A stretch of 43,940 nt of DNA from Acidobacteriota bacterium (GTDB lineage: Bacteria; Acidobacteriota; Terriglobia; UBA7540): assembly GCA_003224695.1 (NCBI GenBank), contig QHZO01000217.1, positions 1 to 43,940 on the forward strand, written 5' to 3'. The translations under genes and the position numbers were made by a program. This document shows, one piece after another, positions 6,332 to 15,755 of this stretch (its first letter is position 1; every line of letters starts with the position of its first letter). A model generated the notes under the pieces. The model had not been told where the DNA came from. It saw only the letters and a program-made list of their open reading frames with translations, and ran no database searches.

Positions 6332-8361
6332 CCGACAGCGCCCCGGGAAGCCCGCACATGGCCAGCTTGAGCGGAACGGGGGCGATAGAGCCGGTTGCGA
6401 GCATGAGCCCGGCCAACCTGGACTTCGAGAATCAGGAAGCGACAGCCACCAGCGCCGCCCAGACTGTGACCCTTCAAAATACCGGGAACGCCGCGATGTC
6501 CATTTCTAGCATCGTCGCGAGCACAAACTTTGGCCAAACCAATAATTGCGGGACCTCGCTGGCTGTGGGCGCAGCGTGCAAGATCAGTGTGACTTTCACC
6601 CCCCCGAGCGCGGATGTGTTTTTTGGAACTTTGACGATTACGAACAATGCAACGAATAGCCCTCAAACCGTCAACTTGAGAGGAAGCTCGAATTCCGGCC
6701 CCGCCGCACTCTCGCCAAGTTCGCTGACTTTTGGAAACCAGTTGGTCGGAACGACCAGCGCGCCCCAAACTGTGATTCTCACCAATAACGGCACCGCGCC
6801 GATGACCATTCAAGCCTTTACCATTCAGAATGGTTATTACACTTCCACGGACTTTGCCGAGACAAACAACTGTCTAGGCCCAAGCGCGACGCTCGCTGTG
6901 AATGCCAGTTGTACCATCAATGTCAGCTTCACGCCTACCGCCGGCGGAACCCGTATAGCCGCTCTAGGGGTTTTTGACAGCGCCTCGAACAACGGGCAAT
7001 GGACCAGTCTGACCGGCACGGGGACATCCCCCGGCGGGGGAACCATCGCCATCGTCACTAGGGCTTCCGTGGCGTTCCACAGCAGCATGAATACGGCGAG
7101 CACCATCAAAAGCAACGCTTTCTTGGTGCCTGCGGGCGACCTCGTGGTGGCCTATTGCGGCGCCTCGACCAGCGCTTCCCAAACTCCAGCCATCTCGGAT
7201 ACGGCGGCCAACTCTTTCGTTCAGATCGGCCCGACCGCGGCCGGCTCGGGCGGCGACGCGCTGGCGATGTTTTACGCCGCAAATGCTAAGGGGACTACAT
7301 CGGACTGGGTAACCTGTAGTTGGCCTTCGGCCCATCATAATCTGGCTGTGATAGCGGTCGTTTACAAGGGGGTAGCGGCCACCTCTCCGCTCGACCAGAG
7401 CGCGAGCGGCACGGCGCGGGGCGGCTCGAGCATCACAACAAGCCCGGTATTTTCGACGACCTCCCCAAACGAGATCGCCGTGGCGGGGATGATGTCGGGC
7501 TCAGGCTGCATCGCGCCGCCAACCCCCGGGAGCGGCTACACCATGGAGCTAGACCCGGTACCGACCGGCTGCTCGGGCCCGGTGGCTGCGGTGGAAGACG
7601 AGATTTTCCCGACCGCCCAAACCGCCACGGCGTCCATCGGCTTCGCCACAGCAACCTGGGCCGACATGATCGCTGCAACCTTCAGGGCCGCTCCCGCGCC
7701 CGGAACCATTTCCATCGCCAGTAAGAGCTACGGGGCGTTCCACGACAGCGTGGCGACGGCGAGCAATATTTCCAGCAACGCCTTCGTCCTCCCCGCCGGC
7801 GGCCTTCTCGTCGCCTACTGCGGCGCCTCGACCAGCACTTCCCAAACTCCCATCATCTCGGACGCGGCCGGCAACACCTTTATTCAGATTGCCACTTCAA
7901 GCATCTCAGGCGGCGACTCGCTGGCAATGTTTTACGCCGCGAAAGCCAAGGGAAGTACATCGGAGACGGTGACGTGCAATTGGCCTTCTGCCCATCATAG
8001 CGTGGCTGTGATGGCGCTCGCTTACTCGGGGGCGGACCCCAACGCTCCGCTGGATGTGGTCACGAGCGGGGCCGTCGCAGGCGGCACTAGCGTTCCCATC
8101 AACTCTGGAGGGGGTCGGACGAATTTCGCGAATGAGGTCGCCGTCGCCGGGTTTATGGCCTCGGGTTGCAGCCCCGCACCGACTGCGGGCAGCGGCTACG
8201 CCTGGGAGTTGGAAGCGGGCGCAAGCGGCTGCGTCGGCCCGCTGGCCGGGGCGGAAGACGAGCCAGTCCCGGTTCAGGGTATGTGGGTCCAGCCATCTAT
8301 CTCCTTCGTTTCGGAGGCTTACGCGGATATTATCGTGGCAACCTTCAAGCCCGCCCCGTAG
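6277..8361 (+). CDS. SBBP protein, fragment 4 of 4: Ig-like beta-sandwich units followed by two tandem domains of about 220 aa
   Basis: The sensible sequence starts at FAPTATGTRTATITVTD. Two further units of about 100 aa carry NNC...SC.I.V.F.P motifs. Two tandem domains follow (7039-7701 and 7702-8358). Both contain AFxxPAGxLxVAYCGASTSxSQTP..SD and CxWPSAHH. Confidence 0.85.
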   Translation: MREFAPTATGTRTATITVTDSAPGSPHMASLSGTGAIEPVASMSPANLDFENQEATATSAAQTVTLQNTGNAAMSISSIVASTNFGQTNNCGTSLAVGAACKISVTFTPPSADVFFGTLTITNNATNSPQTVNLRGSSNSGPAALSPSSLTFGNQLVGTTSAPQTVILTNNGTAPMTIQAFTIQNGYYTSTDFAETNNCLGPSATLAVNASCTINVSFTPTAGGTRIAALGVFDSASNNGQWTSLTGTGTSPGGGTIAIVTRASVAFHSSMNTASTIKSNAFLVPAGDLVVAYCGASTSASQTPAISDTAANSFVQIGPTAAGSGGDALAMFYAANAKGTTSDWVTCSWPSAHHNLAVIAVVYKGVAATSPLDQSASGTARGGSSITTSPVFSTTSPNEIAVAGMMSGSGCIAPPTPGSGYTMELDPVPTGCSGPVAAVEDEIFPTAQTATASIGFATATWADMIAATFRAAPAPGTISIASKSYGAFHDSVATASNISSNAFVLPAGGLLVAYCGASTSTSQTPIISDAAGNTFIQIATSSISGGDSLAMFYAAKAKGSTSETVTCNWPSAHHSVAVMALAYSGADPNAPLDVVTSGAVAGGTSVPINSGGGRTNFANEVAVAGFMASGCSPAPTAGSGYAWELEAGASGCVGPLAGAEDEPVPVQGMWVQPSISFVSEAYADIIVATFKPAP

Positions 8362-8574
8362 CTGCACAGGAGATTCGAGGGCTTTGTACATAAGTCTGGT
8401 CAATCTGCCGAAGGCGTGCGGCAATCGCGCATTGCGGCGGCGCGGATAGCCCGGTTCTTGAAAGCATCCAGGGCGCGGTAGGCGTCGCAAAGGCGAAAGA
8501 CCTTGACTTGAAGTTCGAATAGGAATTTAGGCCGCAGCGCGCTGGCGGTCGGCGCCAGCAGCTCGAACGCGCGC

Positions 8575-8682
8575 ATGGCGATGCAATTCGCCGTCGTATC
8601 GTCTGTTCAGAGCAACGCGACGACCTCGATGACCTATAACAAAGGGAACTGGAGCGGCAACATCTTTGCGGCGTTCAAGTGA
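8575..8682 (+). pseudogene. Possible remnant of a third copy of the C-terminal domain
   Basis: A 35-codon ORF, MAMQFAVVSSVQSNATTSMTYNKGNWSGNIFAAFK*. Its end weakly resembles the domain ends TWADMIAATFR and AYADIIVATFK. The similarity is short. Confidence 0.25.
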
Positions 8683-8814
8683 AGGGGTAACTTCGAAAAC
8701 CAAATCGCGGGCACGCGCCCAGCGGCGTAGCGCCCTTAAGTGACGCCTTTAATGTGTTTAGATTATTGACCACGGGCGTGAATAACGTTATTCCAGTAAT
8801 GTTGAAGGTTTAAA

Positions 8815-9120
8815 ATGGCGAGGCCTCGAAATTCGTCGGCTCTGGACTTCCGTGAATACCTCACCACGATTACGGAAGAGTTGAAGGCTCGAATCGAACA
8901 GCAGCGGCTGGCCACGCTGGCACTGCTCAATGAGCGTGGGGGAGAGAGTCCTTCGATCGCCTATTGCCCACTGGTGGATTGCCGCCCGAACCAGCGGCTG
9001 CGTGAGGCGATTCGCCAGGCTGTCGAGGTGCTCGATGACACGCGCCGATCTTTTAAGTCGCGCCAACTGGAAGAGCTTCGGCGGAGGCTCGAAGCGGCGC
9101 TTGTCGAGCACGGGGAATAA
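8815..9120 (+). CDS. Small soluble hypothetical protein (101 aa)
   Basis: The ORF lies in an AT-richer stretch and is followed by a strong intrinsic terminator. It is helical and charged (KSRQLEELRRRLEAALVEHGE). I recognise no family. Confidence 0.6.
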   Translation: MARPRNSSALDFREYLTTITEELKARIEQQRLATLALLNERGGESPSIAYCPLVDCRPNQRLREAIRQAVEVLDDTRRSFKSRQLEELRRRLEAALVEHGE

Positions 9121-9171
9121 GTAAAACAACGCGGGACGTCTGACGGCCTCGATTTGAGATCGGGGAAGTGC

Positions 9172-9230
9172 GGGCGTAACAGGAGCTCCGATTCCCGATC
9201 GGAGTTGCCGGTTACGCCCTTTTTCTTTTT
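9172..9230 (+). terminator. Rho-independent terminator after the 101-aa ORF
   Basis: GGGCGTAAC(AGGAGCTCCGAT tccc ATCGGAGTTGCC)GGTTACGCCC followed by TTTTTCTTTTT. Confidence 0.75.
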
Positions 9231-9323
9231 GAGCCGCCCGGGCTTCGGAAGGGGAGAGCGCTTGGCTTCCCGGGGAAAAAGGCAAACCCCGAAGGCCTCT
9301 GCGGCTCAATCGAGGAGGGCAAA

Positions 9324-11474
9324 ATGGAAGAAACCAGTCGCGGTCCCTTGCCGATCCGGCATAGTTTTCTCCATGAAAAAGGGATTTTTCACATCAGCTG
9401 GATGACCGGCGCGCTGATCTTCCTGGTATTGTCCGGCCTTGCCATCTGGCTCTTTCAGTTCAGCGTGACAACTCAGGTTTCGGTGCTGCTGCACACCGCG
9501 CTGGGAATCGCCCTCTTTATTCCGTTCACGCTTTGGCAACTGAGCCATTGGTGGGCGTCGCGAAAAGCGCCTCGGTCTTTCCGCAAGTTCTCGGCTTACG
9601 CGGGCGCCTGGACGATGATCGTCGCGACGGCCTCGGGCTTTGTGCTGACCTGGCAGGCGTTTTTTGGTTTCTTCATCAGCCACTTCTGGGATCGTGTTCA
9701 CTTGTGGAGCGGCATCGCGGCGATTCCTTTCCTTGCCTATCACCTCTATCCGAAGGCGAGAAAGGCCGTGGCGGAGGGCGCCTCGGAAAATGGCGGCAAA
9801 AAACCGGCCAACGGCCAAGCTGGACTTCCGTTGCCGGATTTTCGGCCAGGCCGCAGGCACCTGTGGGCGATGGCAAGCGCAACCGCGGGCTTGCTGATCG
9901 TTGCCACCGGCGTCTTAGCGGGAATTTACAGCGCCTATGCCCCCGACTTCAGTCATTACAAATTGCCGGATGATTACAAGATGCCGTATGGGCCGAACCC
10001 GTTCGCTCCCAGCATGGCAATGACCGCGAGAGGCGGCCCGGTGGCGCCCGAACTGCTCGCCGGCTCGAAGTCATGCGGCAAGGCGGGCTGCCACTCCGCG
10101 ATCTATCAGGAGTGGTTGGCGAACAGTCACCGCTGGTCCTCGGAAGACGTGTTCTTCCAGGGAGTTCAGGCAGCGATGATCCAGCAGGAAGGCGCGCCTT
10201 CAACCCGCTACTGCGCCGGCTGCCACGACCCGGTTTCTCTGCTCTCCGGCTACAAAAACGCCAGCACTTCCATTGAGGCGCCGGGCTTTAAGGAAGGGAG
10301 CTCGTGCCTGGTCTGCCATGCGATGCGCCGCGTGGACGTGCAGGGGAACGGCAATTACGTTTGGGCTCCGCCGAAGCCCTACCTGTTCGAATACCGGGAG
10401 TCGGGCTATGCAACCGCGATCACTCGCTTTCTCATTCGAGCCTACCCCCAGCAGCACGATCTGGATTACGACTTGGCGCTATCCAAAGATCCCGCCTCCT
10501 GCGGCGCCTGCCATAAGCAGTTTATAGATAAAGAAATCAACCACGTGGGTTGGGTGCAACTGCAAAACCAATACGACGACTGGAAGCACGGGAAATGGAA
10601 TACTGATCCGAACCCGGCGCACCGGCTGCGCTGCCAGCAATGCCACATGTATTACCGCGCGGTGGCTGCAGTCGGCGACGCCGACCCGTACGATATGAAA
10701 GCCGGCTTGGGCCTCCAGCACCGCAACCACTGGTTTGCCGCCGCCAATCAGGTTATGCCGGAAATGATTCATTCTCCCGATGCCGCCGGCCAAACGGAGC
10801 GCGTCAACCGATGGCTGCAAGGGAAAGAGCACATTCCGGAGATTGCCAGCGTCTGGCCCCAAGGGCCGGTGCTTCCCGTCAAGGTTGTGGCGCCGCCCTC
10901 TATGGCACCAGGCCAGCTAGCCGCTTTCCGCGCGGTCGTTTCCAACAACAAGGCCGGGCACAGTTTCCCCACGGGGCCGCTCGATTTGATTCGCGCTTGG
11001 GTCGAAGTCCGCGTCGAAGACCGAACGGGCCAGGTCGTTTTCCACTCGGGCGAACTCTCTCCGGACGGCTATGACGAGCCCGGGACGTTTGTCCTAAAGG
11101 CCGTGGGTATCAATCCCGAGGGCGAGGAAATCGTCCGTCACGATTTGTGGCACTACGTGGGCGCCAAATGGAAGCGGGCGATCTTCCCGGGATATTCCGA
11201 CATGTACGAGTACAAGTTTGCCGTGCCTCGGAAAGTTCAGGGGCCGCTGGTGATCACGGCGCGGCTTCGGTACCGGAAAGCGAACCAGTACTTCATGGAC
11301 TTCGCGTTTCCCGGAAAGCACCTTCAGACGCCCATCACGGACATCCCTTCCGATCAGGTTGAGGTGCCGGTCTCCGTTGCCGCGCGCGGCCCCAAAGGGG
11401 AGACGGCGTCTTCCACGAAGACCGCCTCCGGAAGCCGCCGAATAGGCTCACAACCACGCGGGGCGGGACAATGA
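9324..11474 (+). CDS. Membrane-anchored multiheme c-type cytochrome
   Basis: The N-terminus has about four TM helices. There are four canonical CxxCH motifs (CAGCH, CLVCH, CGACH, CQQCH) and one CGKAGCH (CX4CH-like). A GHSFPTGP motif follows. The stop overlaps the next start (ATGA). Confidence 0.9.
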   Translation: MEETSRGPLPIRHSFLHEKGIFHISWMTGALIFLVLSGLAIWLFQFSVTTQVSVLLHTALGIALFIPFTLWQLSHWWASRKAPRSFRKFSAYAGAWTMIVATASGFVLTWQAFFGFFISHFWDRVHLWSGIAAIPFLAYHLYPKARKAVAEGASENGGKKPANGQAGLPLPDFRPGRRHLWAMASATAGLLIVATGVLAGIYSAYAPDFSHYKLPDDYKMPYGPNPFAPSMAMTARGGPVAPELLAGSKSCGKAGCHSAIYQEWLANSHRWSSEDVFFQGVQAAMIQQEGAPSTRYCAGCHDPVSLLSGYKNASTSIEAPGFKEGSSCLVCHAMRRVDVQGNGNYVWAPPKPYLFEYRESGYATAITRFLIRAYPQQHDLDYDLALSKDPASCGACHKQFIDKEINHVGWVQLQNQYDDWKHGKWNTDPNPAHRLRCQQCHMYYRAVAAVGDADPYDMKAGLGLQHRNHWFAAANQVMPEMIHSPDAAGQTERVNRWLQGKEHIPEIASVWPQGPVLPVKVVAPPSMAPGQLAAFRAVVSNNKAGHSFPTGPLDLIRAWVEVRVEDRTGQVVFHSGELSPDGYDEPGTFVLKAVGINPEGEEIVRHDLWHYVGAKWKRAIFPGYSDMYEYKFAVPRKVQGPLVITARLRYRKANQYFMDFAFPGKHLQTPITDIPSDQVEVPVSVAARGPKGETASSTKTASGSRRIGSQPRGAGQ

Positions 11475-13191
11475 CGCGCCGTGCGGCTCTGCGCGCCGGC
11501 ATCGGAGCGCTCGCCGGGTTCGCTGCAGGATGCAAGCGGTCCACTCCAGAGCGAGACTCGGCGGTAGTTGACAGCGCGTTCCGTGACCTGCCAGGCGACC
11601 ACCCGCACATCGTCTTCACCGACGTGACTCGCGAGGCCGGAATTGATTTCGTTCATTCCTCCGGCGCGCGGACGCACCAGCTTCCCGAAGACATGGGCCC
11701 GGGCGTGGCCTGGGGCGATTACGACAACGACGGCTGGCCGGATTTGTATCTGGTCAATCAGCCGGGTCCGTGGGGCGAGCGGGCGGGCCCTGACTCACCT
11801 TTCAGCCATCTCTACCACAACAACCACGACGGGACGTTCACGGATGTGACGCTCCAGGCCGGGGTCGGGAATCGCGGCGGCTACGGAATGGGCGCCGCGT
11901 GGGGCGATTATGACAACGACGGCTTTTGGGACCTCTACGTCACGAACATCGGCCGGTCGGTGCTGTATCACAACAACGGCAACGGCACTTTCACGGATGT
12001 CACCGACCGCGCCGGCGTCGCGAACCGCCTTTGGGGCATGACGCCGGTCTGGTGCGATTACGACCACGACGGCTGGCTCGACCTCTATGTAACCAACTAT
12101 GTGGATTACAACCTCCAGGGCGTTCCTTCCGGCGCCAGTTCCGAGGAGTACGGCGTCAATGTCCCCTTCACGCTCAATCCGGCTTCGTTCGAGCCCGTCC
12201 CGAACCGCCTTTTCCACAACAACCGCGACGGCACGTTCACCGACGTCGCGCCGCGCCTGGGCGTGGCCGATCCCAGCGGGCGCTCGCTCTCCGCGGCGTT
12301 TGCCGATTTCAGTTTGAACGGTTGGTCGGATCTATATATCGGCAACGACATCTCCTCGAACCGGATGTTTCAAAACCTCGGCCACGGAAAGTTTAAGGAC
12401 ATCAGCGCCGCCTCCTGGACCGAGGAGAACCGCGGAACCATGGGCATCGCGGTCGGTGATTTCGATGGCGACGGCGACCAGGACATGTTCCTCACCCACT
12501 GGATCGGCCAGGGCTATGCGCTCTACCAGAACCTGTGGCTCGAGGAAAAGCCAAGCGGCAAGCTGCACTTTTCCGATGTCGCCGACGAGTTCGGTTGCGG
12601 CGAGATTGCCATGGGCGACGCGGGCTGGGGAACGTTCTTCTTCGACTTCGATAACGACGGCAAGTTGGACCTGTTCGCCGTGAACGGCTCAACGCTCGAA
12701 GACAAGGGCGACAACACGCGGCTCATCTCCGAGCGCCCCTTCCTTTTCTGGTCGAAAGGCCCGGACGGTTATTTCGACCTGGCGCGTTCGGGAACGGCCG
12801 GCCCGGCCCTGGCGGCTCCCATTGTCGCGCGCGGCGCCGCCTGCGCGGATTTCGACCGCCATGGCGACCTGGATGTGATCGTCACCACCAATCACGGGCG
12901 GCCGATGCTGTTGCGAAATGACGGCGGCAACAAGAACCGTTGGCTCGCCATCCACCTCACGGGTGCGCGCAGCAACCGCTCGGGGATTGGCGCGAACCTC
13001 TTTCTCTCCGCAGGCGGCAAACAGCAGCTCCACGAGTACGGCGTTGCCGGGTCGTACCTTTCGCAGTCGGCGCCGGAAGCCTGGTTCGGTCTGGGGCAAG
13101 CCGACCATGCGGATACCCCGCCGGCAAGGTGCTCTATTTCACGGAAGGTCGCCCGGATTGGCAGGACCGCCCATCTTCCCCGTCGGCTTGA
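11471..13191 (+). CDS. CRTAC1-family FG-GAP/VCBS repeat plus ASPIC/UnbV lipoprotein (apparent frameshift near 13110)
   Basis: MTRRAALRAGIGALAGFAAGC has a twin-Arg-like signal and a lipobox. WGDYDNDGWPDLY-type repeats recur. GSYLSQS marks the UnbV/ASPIC region. After ..GLGQADHAD the expected ending YPAGKVLYFTEGRPDWQDRPSSPSA* lies in the -1 frame (stop at 13191). The 872-aa track ORF is a read-through artefact. Confidence 0.85.
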
Positions 13192-13337
13192 CTCGCCTCG
13201 CAACTTACGGCACTCAACCCTTTATCGGAGGGGCACGCCGGCTCGGTTGACACCCGCTGACCGGCTTGTTAGCCTTTCGTTGTGGCTCGGGTGCGTGATG
13301 CAGTCATTCCCCCGCACGCGGGAATCCAGCGGCCCGG

Positions 13338-14570
13338 GTGCTGTTCTCCATGAAGAAGCTCCTCCGGTGGCTTGCCTCGGCTCTGTATGGGCTGGTGATG
13401 ATCGAAGTCCTGATCATGATCAGCCCCTTCGCCTTTTACTGGTATTCGCTCTACGCGCCGACGCTTCAGGGCTTGCACCGCTGGCGCGCCACGGCCTGGA
13501 TGGAGGCTTTCTTCCTTCCGCATTCCGTGATCACCACCAGCCCGCTGCTCGAATTTGTCCGCTGGCAAGTCGGCACCTACGCTTTCAGCATCGGTGTTTT
13601 GGCGTTCATCCTGCTCGGCCTTCAGGTATATTTTACGAAATACATTCGCAAGAAAGTAGCCCAGTCCTGGGTCTATTCGCGCGTCCGGCATCCTTTCTAC
13701 TTGAGCTTGGCCGTCGCGGCCTTTGGCCTGCTCACGATGTGGCCGCGCATCATCATCCTGATCCTTTTTCTCGGCATGATGTTCATTTACTACTTTCTGG
13801 CGCGCGTCGAAGAGAAACAGATGGAAGCGAAATTCCCCGATTACGCCGCCTACCGCGCCCGCACGGCGATGTTCATTCCCGGAAGCCCGGGCGGCAAACT
13901 GTTCCGCTTGTTTTTCGGCTGGATCCCGAACCGCAGAGTGGGGCTGGCCGTCTCTGCGCTCGTCGTGACCGTGCTGGTGATCGGCGGCGGGCTCGTCTTG
14001 AGGCAAGTGACCATCGGCCACTCCGCCACAGAATTACTGCCGGAAGACCGCGTTATGGCCATTGCCATTTGGCCGATGCCGGCGGATAAGATCGAACAAA
14101 TCGTCTCCCTGGCTTTCAAGAATCCGCAGGTTCAGGCCGAGCTCGCGAAGGAATCGGGCGCGGTGTTCACGGCTCATCTTCTTCCCGAAAACTACGGCAT
14201 GATCAGCATGTTCGCGGATGTCGGGACCGACCATCGGATGTTCCAGCACATCTCGCCCGGCCGCTTCGAGTACCTCTTAACCTTCGTTCTTCCTTTCACG
14301 CGCCGGGGCATGAAGCATCGCATCATGGGAACGCCCGAGGACGGTTATTCCGTGGTCTTTTCCCGTGTGGACGAACCTGGCCGGCCGGCGATGACGCTCG
14401 ACCAGGTGACCGACCTCGCGGCGAAGATGACGCCCGTGGTCATTGCCGAAGTCCGCGGCGGCGATTCGAGCTTGCCCCGATCTGATCGGGGCGCGGACCC
14501 GAAGATCGAAAGTGTCACCATTCCGCCCCGGCGCAGCTTCTGGGGCGACATCACCATGCCGATGTTTTAG
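13338..14570 (+). CDS. ICMT/PEMT-like membrane methyltransferase with a C-terminal extension of about 200 aa
   Basis: Multiple TM helices. YSRVRHPFYLSLAVAAFG ... ARVEEKQMEAKFPDYAAYRARTAMFIPG matches the isoprenylcysteine carboxyl / phospholipid methyltransferase signature. The start may be MKKLLRW at 13350. Confidence 0.85.
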   Translation: MLFSMKKLLRWLASALYGLVMIEVLIMISPFAFYWYSLYAPTLQGLHRWRATAWMEAFFLPHSVITTSPLLEFVRWQVGTYAFSIGVLAFILLGLQVYFTKYIRKKVAQSWVYSRVRHPFYLSLAVAAFGLLTMWPRIIILILFLGMMFIYYFLARVEEKQMEAKFPDYAAYRARTAMFIPGSPGGKLFRLFFGWIPNRRVGLAVSALVVTVLVIGGGLVLRQVTIGHSATELLPEDRVMAIAIWPMPADKIEQIVSLAFKNPQVQAELAKESGAVFTAHLLPENYGMISMFADVGTDHRMFQHISPGRFEYLLTFVLPFTRRGMKHRIMGTPEDGYSVVFSRVDEPGRPAMTLDQVTDLAAKMTPVVIAEVRGGDSSLPRSDRGADPKIESVTIPPRRSFWGDITMPMF

Positions 14571-14902
14571 GGCCGAGCTTCGGCCGTAACGCTTGCCACC
14601 CAAACCCGCTTCTTAGGTCCACGCCGTTTCAGCCCTGTAGATACAAGAACGCCCTCCCCCCGCCGAGCATAGCCCACCCGCCGAAGATCCAATTCTTGCT
14701 TCGAGGCCTGTCTTGACCAGCTTGTGACAGTTTTGAAACCGTCCCACGGTCCATATCGCGACCGTCTCTCACCGGTTAATCTCCCGCGTGAGGGACAAGA
14801 TCCATGTTGAATGACACGCCAGCCGCGAGGGAATCGAAGGACCGTGGGCCAACCCCGATGCGAGCGTGCGCCACGACACCCAAGCGAGAAGGGGAACAGA
14901 AA

Positions 14903-15678
14903 ATGTCCAAGTCAATCAAGAGGCTTTCTTATGCGGCGGTCTCGGCCACGTTCGCCGTGATTCTCCTCGCGCAGCAGTCATACGCGGGCGCAGGCTCTCC
15001 GCCCCCCGGAGAGGGTTCCAATCAACACCCTCCAAGCACGGTTTGGCATGTCCGATACATGGGCGGCCCGCAAATGCTGAAAAGGGGAACACACGTCGAG
15101 CTGGAAATCACAACCAGACCATCAGCTACCGTGCCGCGGGCGCCGCTCCGGGGAAGGATTTTCCGATCTCGGTCCAGGCCGTCAGCGGCGTTTCCGACGG
15201 AGTCATTCAAGGTGATCGCGCGGATAAGATGTTTGGCACTGACGACCCTGACTTCGTCAGCCCTTGTGAACACGTATGGGAGGATCTTGCCGCCCCTTGC
15301 GTCGTCGGCGGCATTGCGCTCACGACCCCCTTCGCAATCGTCAAGGATATTCTTTCAGTGGTCTTCCAGGTCCGCGGTAAGGACTTCGACGCTCTGCGGG
15401 AAGACCTGGAGAGCGTCGCGGACACGGGGCGCGAGGCCGCCTCCGCGGATCCTATAAACAAACTCAACCTTGACGAAGCCCCAGTGACAAAGGTCGAGGC
15501 GTTCAGCCGGAAGCTCGCCGACCCGCGGTTTGACCGATGGCTGGACGACGAGTGCCAGGCTGAGTCAGGTCTGAAGCACTTGCTGCTGGATAACTCGCGC
15601 AGTCTCGCCTCGCTCGGCGCATGCACGCCAGCCGAGCGTCAGATAGCGGATGCGCGAGCCCGGCTGCGCGCTCAATAA
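14903..15678 (+). CDS. Exported hypothetical protein (apparent 1-nt frameshift near 15105)
   Basis: MSKSIKRLSYAAVSATFAVILLAQQSYAG is a signal peptide, preceded by an AAGGGGAA RBS. ..HVELEIT continues in the -1 frame as NQTISYRAAGAAPGKDFPISVQAVSGVSDG... up to the stop at 15678. Restoring one A in acaAAccag joins the two parts. Confidence 0.6.
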
Positions 15679-15703
15679 TATAGAGGGAACCGGAGAGCCG
15701 GAT

Positions 15704-15732
15704 GTAGGGGCGGGTATAAAACCTGTCCCTAC
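15704..15732. repeat. REP-like palindrome GTAGGGGCGGGTataaaACCTGTCCCTAC
   Basis: It sits between convergent gene ends (15678 and 15756). Confidence 0.8.
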
Positions 15733-15755
15733 GGATGGGAAACCTTGCGCTCCGC

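Noticed and set aside
8400-8576. A 58-codon minus-strand ORF (MRAFELLAPTASALRPKFLFELQVKVFRLCDAYRALDAFKNRAIRAAAMRDCRTPSAD*) in the gap after the SBBP gene.
   Set aside because: It has no RBS and no recognisable family. It overlaps the plus-strand remnant ORF at its start codon. It could be a gene fragment, but I cannot support it.
13192-14089. The C-terminal ~300 aa of the 872-aa track ORF 11471..14089.
   Set aside because: After ..GLGQADHAD the translation becomes low-complexity nonsense and overlaps the well-supported ICMT-like gene in another frame. The expected CRTAC1-type C-terminus is found in the -1 frame and ends at 13191.
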